Origin: an uncultured delta proteobacterium
GTDB lineage: Bacteria > Myxococcota > Myxococcia > Myxococcales > 40CM-4-68-19
Direction of reading: 5' to 3'
Assembly: GCA_903911145.1 (NCBI GenBank)
Contig: CAIWCD010000015.1
Coordinates: 1 to 64,000, forward strand
DNA length: 64,000 bases
Numbering within the stretch: position 1 is the first letter of the stretch; each line of letters begins with the position of its first letter. This document shows positions 28,005 through 36,260 of this stretch, one piece after another. The notes below the pieces were generated by a model. It saw nothing but the letters and a program-made list of their open reading frames with translations, made no database searches and was not told the DNA's origin. Position numbers and translations under genes: made by a program.

Positions 28005-28969
28005 CGACTGCGCGGCTCCCGCGCACGGCAGCGCTGCTGGGATGTGGCGCTGTCGGAAGCGTGCTCTTGCCCGCGCTGCGCACCCACAAGGTCCGCATCG
28101 TCGCTGCATGGAATCGAACGCCGCGCACGCCGCAGTGGCGGTCGGGCGCGCTGCCGCGAGCGATTCGCGAGGCAGAGATGGTGATCCTCTCCGTCGCCGA
28201 CGCTGCGATCGCTCTTCTCTGCGCAGAGCTCGTCTCGCAACGGCTGATCGGTCCGGGGCAGACCGTGGCCCACCTCGCAGGCGCACTCGATCTTACTGCG
28301 CTGCAGCCGGCACTCCTCTGCGGTGCGCGAATCGGCTCGATGCATCCACTGCGCGCGGTGCCGCCGGGAAGTCGCGCCGACGCGTTCGCGGGGGCAACGG
28401 CCGGAATCGATGGCTCGGATGATGAAGCGCGAGGGCAGCTCACCGCGCTCGCGCAGACGCTCGGCATGGAACCGTTGGCTGTGTCGGGTTCTCGCGCGCT
28501 CTACCACGCGGCCGCTGTGCTGGCGGGCGGCTCGCTGGTCGCGCTCTTCGCAGAGGCCGTGCGCGCATTCCAGAGTGCAACCGGCGCGACAGAGACTGAA
28601 GCACGCACCGCGCTCCTCCCGCTGGCAAGAGGAGCGTTCGACACGCTGGCATCGCGCACGCCCGCGCAGGCGGTGACAGGGCCCGTTCCGCGCGGAGACG
28701 CGGCAACGCTGGCAGCCCATCTGAGCTCGCTCGAGGCACACGATTCGCGCACAGCCGCGCTCTATCGCGAACTGGCGAAGCTCTCTCTGGCCCTCGCCCG
28801 CAGCGCGACCCGAGCAGCGCCTGAGCAGCTCAGCGCGGTCGAGCGGATTCTCGAGCTGCCCGCTCTTGCATCACCATCACTGCAAGCCCTTCGTAGCGGC
28901 GCCGCGACGAAGGGGGATCCAGCGAGACCGCGGCAATCGGCGAAGAAGCCAGTCACCCGCAAGCGCTGA
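28001..28969 (+). CDS. Rossmann-like/DUF2520 oxidoreductase (PanG-like ketopantoate reductase candidate)
   Basis: GCGAVG, SMHPL, LYHAAAV, TGPVPRGDAATL. Confidence 0.88.
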   Translation: MTTARLPRTAALLGCGAVGSVLLPALRTHKVRIVAAWNRTPRTPQWRSGALPRAIREAEMVILSVADAAIALLCAELVSQRLIGPGQTVAHLAGALDLTALQPALLCGARIGSMHPLRAVPPGSRADAFAGATAGIDGSDDEARGQLTALAQTLGMEPLAVSGSRALYHAAAVLAGGSLVALFAEAVRAFQSATGATETEARTALLPLARGAFDTLASRTPAQAVTGPVPRGDAATLAAHLSSLEAHDSRTAALYRELAKLSLALARSATRAAPEQLSAVERILELPALASPSLQALRSGAATKGDPARPRQSAKKPVTRKR

Positions 28970-29017
28970 TGCACGCGGCAACCGCATAGTCACTGCATGA
29001 TTATGCAGTCCGCTCGC

Positions 29018-30328
29018 CTACTTTGTGGCCGGACTGTTGGCCGGTGGAGCCGGTGCGGACGTCGGCCCGCTCTTCGCTGCGCACGCGTTGTGCTCCAGCA
29101 CAATCTTGCGCGCGTCGGCGCTCGAGGGCTGGATCGAGAACTGCTCTCCGAGCTTCACGAGGAACATTGCGTCGTGATGCACAGAGGCCGCGCCCGCGTC
29201 GGTCTTCGAAGAGATCGGCCGCGTCACGATCAGGCGATCCTTGCCCGAGGCGGCGCTGCGCCACTCGCCGGCCTCGAACTCCGCACCGCCCTTCGACAGC
29301 TCTCGAGCGTAGGCCAGGCTTCCTTCATCGAAGCACCGCTTGACTACACAGAGCGCCTGCGCTTGCGCATCGATCGCAGTCGCGCACGGATCAACCGGTG
29401 CTGCCTCCGCACCATGCGCGTCGTCGCCGTCGCCCGCGTGCTTGTCACCCGCCGAGGCGCGCAGACGCGCGGCTGACTTCTCGACCAATGGCTGCAACTC
29501 GCTCTGAAGAATACGGCTTCGCGGAGCGACATCCTGCGCCGCGCGCGCGGCCTTCCAGGCCTCGAAGACGCAAGCGTCATCGCCGCGCGCCGCGCAGACA
29601 CGCAGGATCGCCTCGGGACCGACCACCGAACCTGGCTGCACCGCAGCCAGCTTCAGCGCAGCTTCCCGCGCGGCCTCGAGATCGCCGTGGCTCTCGACCA
29701 GCGCCTGCGCAAGCCCGCGCAGGGCCAGAGCATCAGACGGATCCTTCGCCAGCGCCGCCCGGAGACGCTCCGTCGCCGCTGCATAATTATGCACCGCCAA
29801 TGCAGCCAGGCCCTGCTCTGCGGCGGTCGCATCCGAGAGCACGTTCAGAGAGGCCTGCGCACGCGCGACCTCGAGTTCAGCGACCGGGATCTCCGGATGC
29901 GCCGCGGGGAGGAACACGCGAGGAGGAGCCGACGTCGTCTGCTGCCCGACGGTTGCACGGCTCCCGGTGTCTGCGAGCGCATCCCCTCCCGGCGCCACGC
30001 TGATCGGAAACGGCGCAGTCGTGTCGACCGGCGTGCCCGGGTATTGCCAGAGCAGCGCTTCGCTCGCGAGGCAGTAATCAAACTTTGCGTCGATGCTCCC
30101 CTTCCCGCTGTGCGCGAACGCGGCGTAGACCTGCCCGCTCTTGCGCACAAGCAGCTCGAGCCGCACCGTGCCAGCGAGTGAGAAATTCCCGAGATCGACC
30201 GCCCGCAACGCGCAGCGGTCGACATCGGACTGCATGGGCAAGCGCTCGGCACGCGCGGCCCCGGCGCCGCAGAGCGCGAAGAGAGCCAACCAGTTCAACG
30301 GCGAGAGGACTCTCTTCGGCACAGTCAC
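29018..30328 (-). CDS. Secreted protein: AgmX/PglI-like domain + TPR + Cys-containing C-terminal domain
   Basis: Signal peptide; DRC...LAGTVRLELLVRKSGQV...YCL...WQYP; TPR DALALRGLAQAL; paralog of the next gene. Confidence 0.75.
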   Translation of the reverse strand: MTVPKRVLSPLNWLALFALCGAGAARAERLPMQSDVDRCALRAVDLGNFSLAGTVRLELLVRKSGQVYAAFAHSGKGSIDAKFDYCLASEALLWQYPGTPVDTTAPFPISVAPGGDALADTGSRATVGQQTTSAPPRVFLPAAHPEIPVAELEVARAQASLNVLSDATAAEQGLAALAVHNYAAATERLRAALAKDPSDALALRGLAQALVESHGDLEAAREAALKLAAVQPGSVVGPEAILRVCAARGDDACVFEAWKAARAAQDVAPRSRILQSELQPLVEKSAARLRASAGDKHAGDGDDAHGAEAAPVDPCATAIDAQAQALCVVKRCFDEGSLAYARELSKGGAEFEAGEWRSAASGKDRLIVTRPISSKTDAGAASVHHDAMFLVKLGEQFSIQPSSADARKIVLEHNACAAKSGPTSAPAPPANSPATK

Positions 30329-30352
30329 GCGAACTCCCGACAGCCCAGAGGG

Positions 30353-31540
30353 CTACTTGCAGGCGTTGTGATCCTTGCTGATGTTGTACGCGGGCAGGTT
30401 CTCCTTGTACGGCTTCATGTCGACGTTGTCGCCGAGCACGACCGCCCACGAGGCGTCCATGTTCTGCCCCTTCTTCTTTCCGCTCGAGCGGATTGGGATC
30501 GTGACGATCGTCGCACCGCCGACGCCCGCCGCCGACGACATTTCGCCGGCAGAGTAGGCAGAGCCACTCGCCTTGGTGAGCTGCTGCGCATACGCCTGCG
30601 CGCCCGCCTCGAAGCAGCGCTTGACGTAGCACTTGGCCTGATCCGGACCCGTCATCTTGTAGCAGCCGAGCGGATCAGCCTTGGCCATCTTCGCCTCCGC
30701 CTCGGCCTTCGCCTTCTCCATGTCGGCCTGCCGCGACTTGTCCGCCGCATCGAGCCGGCCGTTCGCCGCCTTGACGATGTCGTTGAGCTGCGCGAGGTCG
30801 AGCGAGCGATCCTTCACGTCCTCGGACTTGGTCGCATCAACGAAGTTCTTCACGGCGCACTCGTCATCGCCCGCCTTGATGCAGACGCGAACGAGCGCCT
30901 CGAGCGACGCTGCGTTCTTCGCCAGCGTGACGGCCTTCTCCGCCGCCGTGCGGGCGCGCTTGAGATCGCCACCGGACTCCACCAGCGTCTGCGCCAGGCC
31001 GCGAAGTGCGCGCACATCGTCCGGCTTCGTGGTGAGCACCGAGCTGAACGTGGCCTCGGCGTCGGAGTACTTGTGCACGTAGTAGTAGCCCCAGCCCTTG
31101 TCGCTCGAGTCGGCCCAGTCGGCGAACGTCAGCGAGTCCTGCGCGAGCGCCTCTTCGAACGGCGCGGGGGGAAGCGTGTTGAGCGCGTGGATGCCGCAGC
31201 CGCCCTGCTGGCAGGAGACCATCCAGCCGAAGATGTGATCCGTCTTCGAACTCTCGATCTTGTTCTCGACGCTGAGCGCGGTCATGCAGCGGAAGAACTG
31301 GGGCGAATCAATCTTGCTGCCGTCGTGGAACCAGGCCGCCGGGATGGCGCCGTCGGTGTCGACGATCATCATCATCGTGCCGTCACCGGCGAGGTGGTTG
31401 TTGCCGATCGCCGCGTGCGTATAGCAGACGGAGACGTCGGTGCCCTGCAGGTCGCGCAACGTGGCGGGACGGGGCTTGGGGCCGCACGCGGCGGCGAGGA
31501 TCAGGGCGAGACAGGCAGACGTACGAGCGGCGCGCATCAT
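30353..31540 (-). CDS. Lipoprotein: AgmX/PglI-like domain + TPR + Cys-containing C-terminal domain
   Basis: AGGAGG RBS, lipobox LAAAC, VCY...LAGDGTMMMIVDTDG...RC, TPR DVRALRGLAQTL. Confidence 0.8.
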   Translation of the reverse strand: MMRAARTSACLALILAAACGPKPRPATLRDLQGTDVSVCYTHAAIGNNHLAGDGTMMMIVDTDGAIPAAWFHDGSKIDSPQFFRCMTALSVENKIESSKTDHIFGWMVSCQQGGCGIHALNTLPPAPFEEALAQDSLTFADWADSSDKGWGYYYVHKYSDAEATFSSVLTTKPDDVRALRGLAQTLVESGGDLKRARTAAEKAVTLAKNAASLEALVRVCIKAGDDECAVKNFVDATKSEDVKDRSLDLAQLNDIVKAANGRLDAADKSRQADMEKAKAEAEAKMAKADPLGCYKMTGPDQAKCYVKRCFEAGAQAYAQQLTKASGSAYSAGEMSSAAGVGGATIVTIPIRSSGKKKGQNMDASWAVVLGDNVDMKPYKENLPAYNISKDHNACK

Positions 31541-31611
31541 GAAACCCTCCTGGTGAAATCGTTGTAGAAAACAACTATTGAAGAGATTGGGAGCATCGGC
31601 CGATTCACAGG

Positions 31612-31923
31612 TCAGTCGCCGAGCTGCGCGAGAGCTGAAGTGAGTTCCGAGAGCGCATGCGCATTGCCCTGCGTCCGGGCCTGCCCCTGGCCTTCGCGAT
31701 AGACGCGCCTCGCGTCGTCAACGTGGCCGGCCTGCTCGTGGAGCTGGCCGAGGATGAGGTACGCCGGGACGTAGTCGGGCTTGCTGCCGGTGAGCGTCGA
31801 AAGCTCTTCGATCGCGCCACTCACGTTTCCTGCACTGCGCTGCTCAAGCGCGAGGGCATAGCGCGGGAATGGATCGGTGGGACGCGCTTGCGCGAACTTT
31901 CGGAGCTGGGCGATGCGGTCCAT
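31612..31923 (-). CDS. Small TPR protein
   Basis: MDRIAQLRKFAQARPTDPFPRYALALE...PDYVPAYLILGQ. Confidence 0.85.
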   Translation of the reverse strand: MDRIAQLRKFAQARPTDPFPRYALALEQRSAGNVSGAIEELSTLTGSKPDYVPAYLILGQLHEQAGHVDDARRVYREGQGQARTQGNAHALSELTSALAQLGD

Positions 31924-31951
31924 GGAGCGCGGCTTGTAGATCGCGGCGACC

Positions 31952-32557
31952 TTACTGTCGAGGGGCTTTCGACCGAGCGAGGATCTCCTCCGGAGTCGAA
32001 GCGCGCAGCGCCCCGAGTTGAACGAGGACCGCGCCTCGCTCCTGCCGCAGATGGATCTCGCGCCGCAGTCGCTCGAGCTGCTCCATTCCGCCTCGAACCG
32101 ACAGCTCGCTGATGAGGGACTCGCCACCGCGATGCCAGCGCAGGCGGAGCAGCGGAAGCTCTTTTCCTGCGAGCGGCGCGAAGCCGCGATGGAGGCTCGC
32201 TTCATCGATCCACGCCATCGGCCATGCGAGGATCGGCTGCGTCTGTTCATCCGGCGCGCCTGCTTCCCGACGCAGAAAGAGCGCCGCGTTGCTGCACCAG
32301 AGGTCGCCGACGCATGGCGTGCTCAGCGCCGCGAGCAGCAGCGACGTCCCATCCGCGAATCGGCTGCCATGAAAGAGCGCAGCCTCCGAGGCGTAGCTGC
32401 GCTCACCCTCAAGCCCGAGTGAATCGAACGCGGGCAGCGGCTGCGCGACGATGCGGCGATGGCGTGCCCGCAGCGCCCGCGAACGCACGAGCACAAACGC
32501 GAACGCGCCCGCGATCAGGATGATCGCGAGCGCGCTCAAGACAGCCAGAAGATGCAC
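31952..32557 (-). CDS. Hypothetical protein with N-terminal membrane anchor
   Basis: GTG start 7 bp after the FHA gene stop; TM segment followed by a beta-rich soluble domain. Confidence 0.65.
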   Translation of the reverse strand: MHLLAVLSALAIILIAGAFAFVLVRSRALRARHRRIVAQPLPAFDSLGLEGERSYASEAALFHGSRFADGTSLLLAALSTPCVGDLWCSNAALFLRREAGAPDEQTQPILAWPMAWIDEASLHRGFAPLAGKELPLLRLRWHRGGESLISELSVRGGMEQLERLRREIHLRQERGAVLVQLGALRASTPEEILARSKAPRQ

Positions 32558-32564
32558 GCGCAAA

Positions 32565-33644
32565 CTACTCCGCTGCGGCCTCGGTGGTGCCGCCAGCCTG
32601 AAGCTCATCGAGCTCCTTGAGCTTCTCCTCGACCGTGCTCACCGACTTGTCGAAGCTCTTCTTGCAGCTCGAGACGATCTCCGCAGGCGACTTCGCCTGG
32701 ATGCCCTTGTCGACGCTCGCGCACATGCCCTTGTTGCCCTGGTTGAAAGCGGCATCGGCCTGCACGGCAAACTGCATCGTTGCCGACGAGAGCTTCTTCC
32801 AATCGGCGATGAAGGCAGTCGTCACCTGGTGGCGCGCTTCGATCGCCTCGCTCACTTCGGCCAGCTTGTCTTTGATCTTCTTGTCGGCGACCGCGTCCGT
32901 GAAGCCCGCGAGCCCCGTCGTCTCGGCCGATGCGCGCGCTGAATAGTCATTCAGCGAAGTCACGATACGGTCGTACGTCTTGCTCAGCTCGCGATATCCG
33001 CCGACGACCTTCTTCGCGTCCTCGCCCTTCGGCGGCTCCGCGCAGGTTGCCTTCGGAATGCCATTGGCTTCCTTGGCGAGGTCGCCCATCTTGTCGACCA
33101 CCGAGGCGTACGGCTTGGCCTTCTGGTTGTCGCGCGCCATCGCAACGAAGCTCGCGACCGCCTCGAGATCCTTCTTGTGCTGCTTGCTCTTGCTCATCAT
33201 CACGCCGATGGCGACGATGGCGATCACGAGCACGACGAAGCCCGCGACCATTCCGCCGATCAGCTTGGGCGACATGCCGGCGTCGGGGCGCTTCTTGCCG
33301 CCGACGACATCGACGCGAATCGAGGTCTGCCCGAGGCGGATCACGTCGCCGTCGAAGAGCTCGGCGTCGGTCACGCGCTCACCGTTGAGCCACACGCCGT
33401 TGGCCGAGCCGGCATCGCGCACGCGGATTTCGCCGTTGATCTTGGTGACCTCACAGTGTCGACCCGACATCGAGCCGTCCTTCACGGAGATCTCGCACTG
33501 ATCCGAGCGGCCGATGCCCATCGTGATGGAGCGCATCGGGTACGATTTCTCGACCCCGGACGGCCCCTTGACGATGAAATTGGCCGACACCCCGTCGAGC
33601 AGCGCGGGGTTGATCATCTCGGTTTTCGGTGTTCCTTCGCCCAT
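32565..33644 (-). CDS. FHA domain - TM - periplasmic helical domain protein
   Basis: IGRSDQC, SMSGRH, DAGSANG, GDVIRLG; single TM; long amphipathic helical region with 3 Cys. Confidence 0.88.
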   Translation of the reverse strand: MGEGTPKTEMINPALLDGVSANFIVKGPSGVEKSYPMRSITMGIGRSDQCEISVKDGSMSGRHCEVTKINGEIRVRDAGSANGVWLNGERVTDAELFDGDVIRLGQTSIRVDVVGGKKRPDAGMSPKLIGGMVAGFVVLVIAIVAIGVMMSKSKQHKKDLEAVASFVAMARDNQKAKPYASVVDKMGDLAKEANGIPKATCAEPPKGEDAKKVVGGYRELSKTYDRIVTSLNDYSARASAETTGLAGFTDAVADKKIKDKLAEVSEAIEARHQVTTAFIADWKKLSSATMQFAVQADAAFNQGNKGMCASVDKGIQAKSPAEIVSSCKKSFDKSVSTVEEKLKELDELQAGGTTEAAAE

Positions 33645-33730
33645 GGTCGTCTCAGCCCCTATTCGGAAGATGCGCGCGGGTCCGCTAGCCTATTTTCAGG
33701 ATCTGCGCAAGGTCAAGAAAGCTCAACTCA

Positions 33731-34324
33731 CTAAGGGTGCGGCTTGACAGACGCCCACCAGCTGGTCCAGGCCGCAGCGTCGTCGCCAAACTCTTTTCCC
33801 GTGCAGCTCGCGAGGCTCTTGAGTGACGCCTGGCGGATCTCGGCTGGCTTGTCGGACGTCGCCCCTTCGAGCAGAGCAGGGACGATGCAGTCGAACTTCT
33901 GCTTGGCGCAATCCTCGTAGCAGATCCCGACGAGAGCCTTCGCAAGGGCGATGCGCAGATCGGGATCGTGGCTCGCCTCGAAGCGGGTCTGCAACGCAGG
34001 TGCGGCGGGCTTGCCGAGCGCCTGCACGGCGGCGATCGCCTGGCGCAACTCATCGCGCGGGGGACCTTCCTTGCCCTTCTGCTCCTGCACCAGCGCCTGG
34101 ATGCGACCTGCCAATTCATCTGCGCGCTTCGCCGGATCGCTCTCGTCGGCTGCCGTCTTGAGCTGCTTGGCGCAGTCGTCGATCGCGAGCCCCGCGCGCA
34201 GTTGCCCCTGCGCCTGCAGTGTGCGGCAGGTCGCGCGATACTCATCAAGAGGATCGACCGCGGTCTTGCACGCCGCGATGGCAGTCATCGAGAGCAGAAG
34301 ACCAATCAACGGAGTCCGGTTCAT
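33731..34324 (-). CDS. HEAT-repeat lipoprotein
   Basis: MNRTPLIGLLLSMTAIAAC lipobox; DPDLRIALAKAL and EIRQASLKSL; ends TGKEFGDDAAAWTSWW. Confidence 0.78.
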   Translation of the reverse strand: MNRTPLIGLLLSMTAIAACKTAVDPLDEYRATCRTLQAQGQLRAGLAIDDCAKQLKTAADESDPAKRADELAGRIQALVQEQKGKEGPPRDELRQAIAAVQALGKPAAPALQTRFEASHDPDLRIALAKALVGICYEDCAKQKFDCIVPALLEGATSDKPAEIRQASLKSLASCTGKEFGDDAAAWTSWWASVKPHP

Positions 34325-34678
34325 GTGTCGCCTTGCGATTCGTCGCCGCCGCAGACGAGCATCGCGACGCCAAAGTCCGCGTCGAGGGAAGCGCATGGCC
34401 GAGCCGCATCTTTCTTCGGCGAACGCTTCTGTGGCGGAGGTCGGCTGGCTGGCGGTGGCCGACTCTTGCTGCGCGCGGGTGCTGCTCGCGTCGCAGTGCG
34501 GCTATCGGGGTCTTCCGGTCGCGGCATGGGGCGCGCCTTCTACACGTCCCCAGCCCTCCCCGCAAGCATCGGCCGCAGGCAGCGTCCATTGTGCTCGACG
34601 CACTGCTGCATCGGTCATGCGACCGAAACGCTCCGCGCCGAAGATGGGCTACTATGGAGCAATCTCACGGGAGTGAAA

Positions 34679-35686
34679 ATGCCGCGAAGCGCTCGCATGC
34701 CGATGTTCCTCGCCTCTGCCGTCGTCTGCGCGTTCGCTCTCAGCGCATGCAGCGGGAGCACTCCTGTCCGGTTCGGCCAGGACGCCGGCTCGACAATCGG
34801 CGAACCCTGCCAGTTCGACAGCGACTGCACGCCGCCCAGCCCGCCCGCGGCGATCTGCAACACGGTCACCCATACCTGCATCGCAGGCTGCATCTCGTCG
34901 GGTTGTCCGAGCGGCGAATCGTGCCGGGCCTCGAGCGGCCACTGCATCGCGGGAAGCGGCGGAGGCGCGGGCGGTGGATCGGCTGGCGGCTCGGCGGGAG
35001 GCAGTGCTGGTGGAGCTGGAGGAGGATCCGCGGGAGGAGCCGGCGGAGGCTCTGGCGGAAGCAGCACACTTTGCCAGGCGTGCACGACGGCGGCGAACTG
35101 CCAGGACAACGGCATGTGCATCAGCGATCCGACCCACACGTACAACTACTGCACGCAGGACTGCAGCAGCACGACCTGCCCGACGGGCTACCTCTGCTCG
35201 ACAAACTCGGCCGGCACGGTTCACCAGTGCGTCCCCTCGGGCGGCAGCTGCGCGAATCCTCCGACTGATGGAGGAACGGGCGGTGGCGCGGGTGGCGGCA
35301 GCGGCGGCGGCTCCGGTGGCAGCGGCCCGACCGACCCGAACAATCCGTCCGACGGCAGCGGCAGCAACAACGATCAGTGCGCGGGATGCAACGTTAACAA
35401 CGACTGCGTAGCTGGCGGCATCTGCGTTGGCAGCACCAACTCAGGCATGACCGATGGCATCTGCGAGAAGTCGTGCGATCCGAGCCAGACGGTTACGTTC
35501 GCCGGGATCTCGATCAACTTCGCTTGCGTCACGCAGCAGTGCGCCGCGGATGTCGGATCGCTCAACATCAACGGCGCGCTGGCAGACTGCCTCGTCAGCT
35601 ACGCAAGCTGCGGCCCAGTCGATGGCACCAGCGCGTCGTTCTGCAATCCGGCGCTTCCCCAATGCGGCACCGGTTCCGGCCTCTAG
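34679..35686 (+). CDS. Cys-rich, Gly/Ser-linker lipoprotein
   Basis: Lipobox LSAC; three Cys-rich modules separated by GGSAG/GGAG linkers. Confidence 0.85.
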   Translation: MPRSARMPMFLASAVVCAFALSACSGSTPVRFGQDAGSTIGEPCQFDSDCTPPSPPAAICNTVTHTCIAGCISSGCPSGESCRASSGHCIAGSGGGAGGGSAGGSAGGSAGGAGGGSAGGAGGGSGGSSTLCQACTTAANCQDNGMCISDPTHTYNYCTQDCSSTTCPTGYLCSTNSAGTVHQCVPSGGSCANPPTDGGTGGGAGGGSGGGSGGSGPTDPNNPSDGSGSNNDQCAGCNVNNDCVAGGICVGSTNSGMTDGICEKSCDPSQTVTFAGISINFACVTQQCAADVGSLNINGALADCLVSYASCGPVDGTSASFCNPALPQCGTGSGL

Positions 35687-35714
35687 GCACGACGTCGCGG
35701 ATTGATGGATTCAG

Positions 35715-35750
35715 ACGGCCTCCGGCACCTCGCCGGGGGCCGTTTCATTT
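35715..35750 (+). terminator. Intrinsic terminator
   Basis: acggcctccggc-acctc-gccgggggccgt stem followed by ttcattt. Confidence 0.7.
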
Positions 35751-35804
35751 CCGCCTCGGAAATCGCGCGCGGCCGCACGCCAGGCTGTGCTAGACCGCGC
35801 CGCC

Positions 35805-36212
35805 ATGACGACGAAAAAGAGCCGCATCGCAGTCGCAGACAAGGACCTCTCGCCGCGCAGGCCGACCGCGCCGAGCAAGCGGCTCGAGACGTTTCCGAAT
35901 CCGAATCCGAAGCGCGAATACGAGATCCGTTTCGACTGCCCCGAGTTCACCTGCCTCTGTCCGATGACTGGGCAGCCCGACTTCGCGACCATCAAGATCA
36001 GCTACGTCCCGGCGGCGCGCTGCGTGGAGCTCAAGAGCCTCAAGGTCTACCTCTGGAGCTTCCGCGACGAGGGCCACTTTCACGAGGCAGTGACGAATCG
36101 GATCCTCGACGATCTTGTCGCGGCGCTTGCTCCTCGGCGGCTCGAAGTCACGGGCGACTTCTGGGTTCGCGGCGGCATTCACACCGTCGTGATTGCCCGC
36201 CACGAAGCGTAG
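35805..36212 (+). CDS. queF: NADPH-dependent preQ0 reductase (type 1)
   Basis: [33 protein letters not shown]. Confidence 0.97.
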   Translation: MTTKKSRIAVADKDLSPRRPTAPSKRLETFPNPNPKREYEIRFDCPEFTCLCPMTGQPDFATIKISYVPAARCVELKSLKVYLWSFRDEGHFHEAVTNRILDDLVAALAPRRLEVTGDFWVRGGIHTVVIARHEA

Positions 36213-36260
36213 CTCGCTGGTGCTGCGCGCATCCGCGTGGCTGTGCTATCCAGCGCAGCC

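Noticed and set aside
25317..33644. Type VI secretion locus (Clp ATPase plus FHA protein)
   Set aside because: No Hcp, VgrG, TssB/C or membrane-complex genes in the window
35687..35804. preQ1 riboswitch upstream of queF
   Set aside because: No recognisable aptamer; the hairpin fits the upstream gene's terminator and queF appears leaderless
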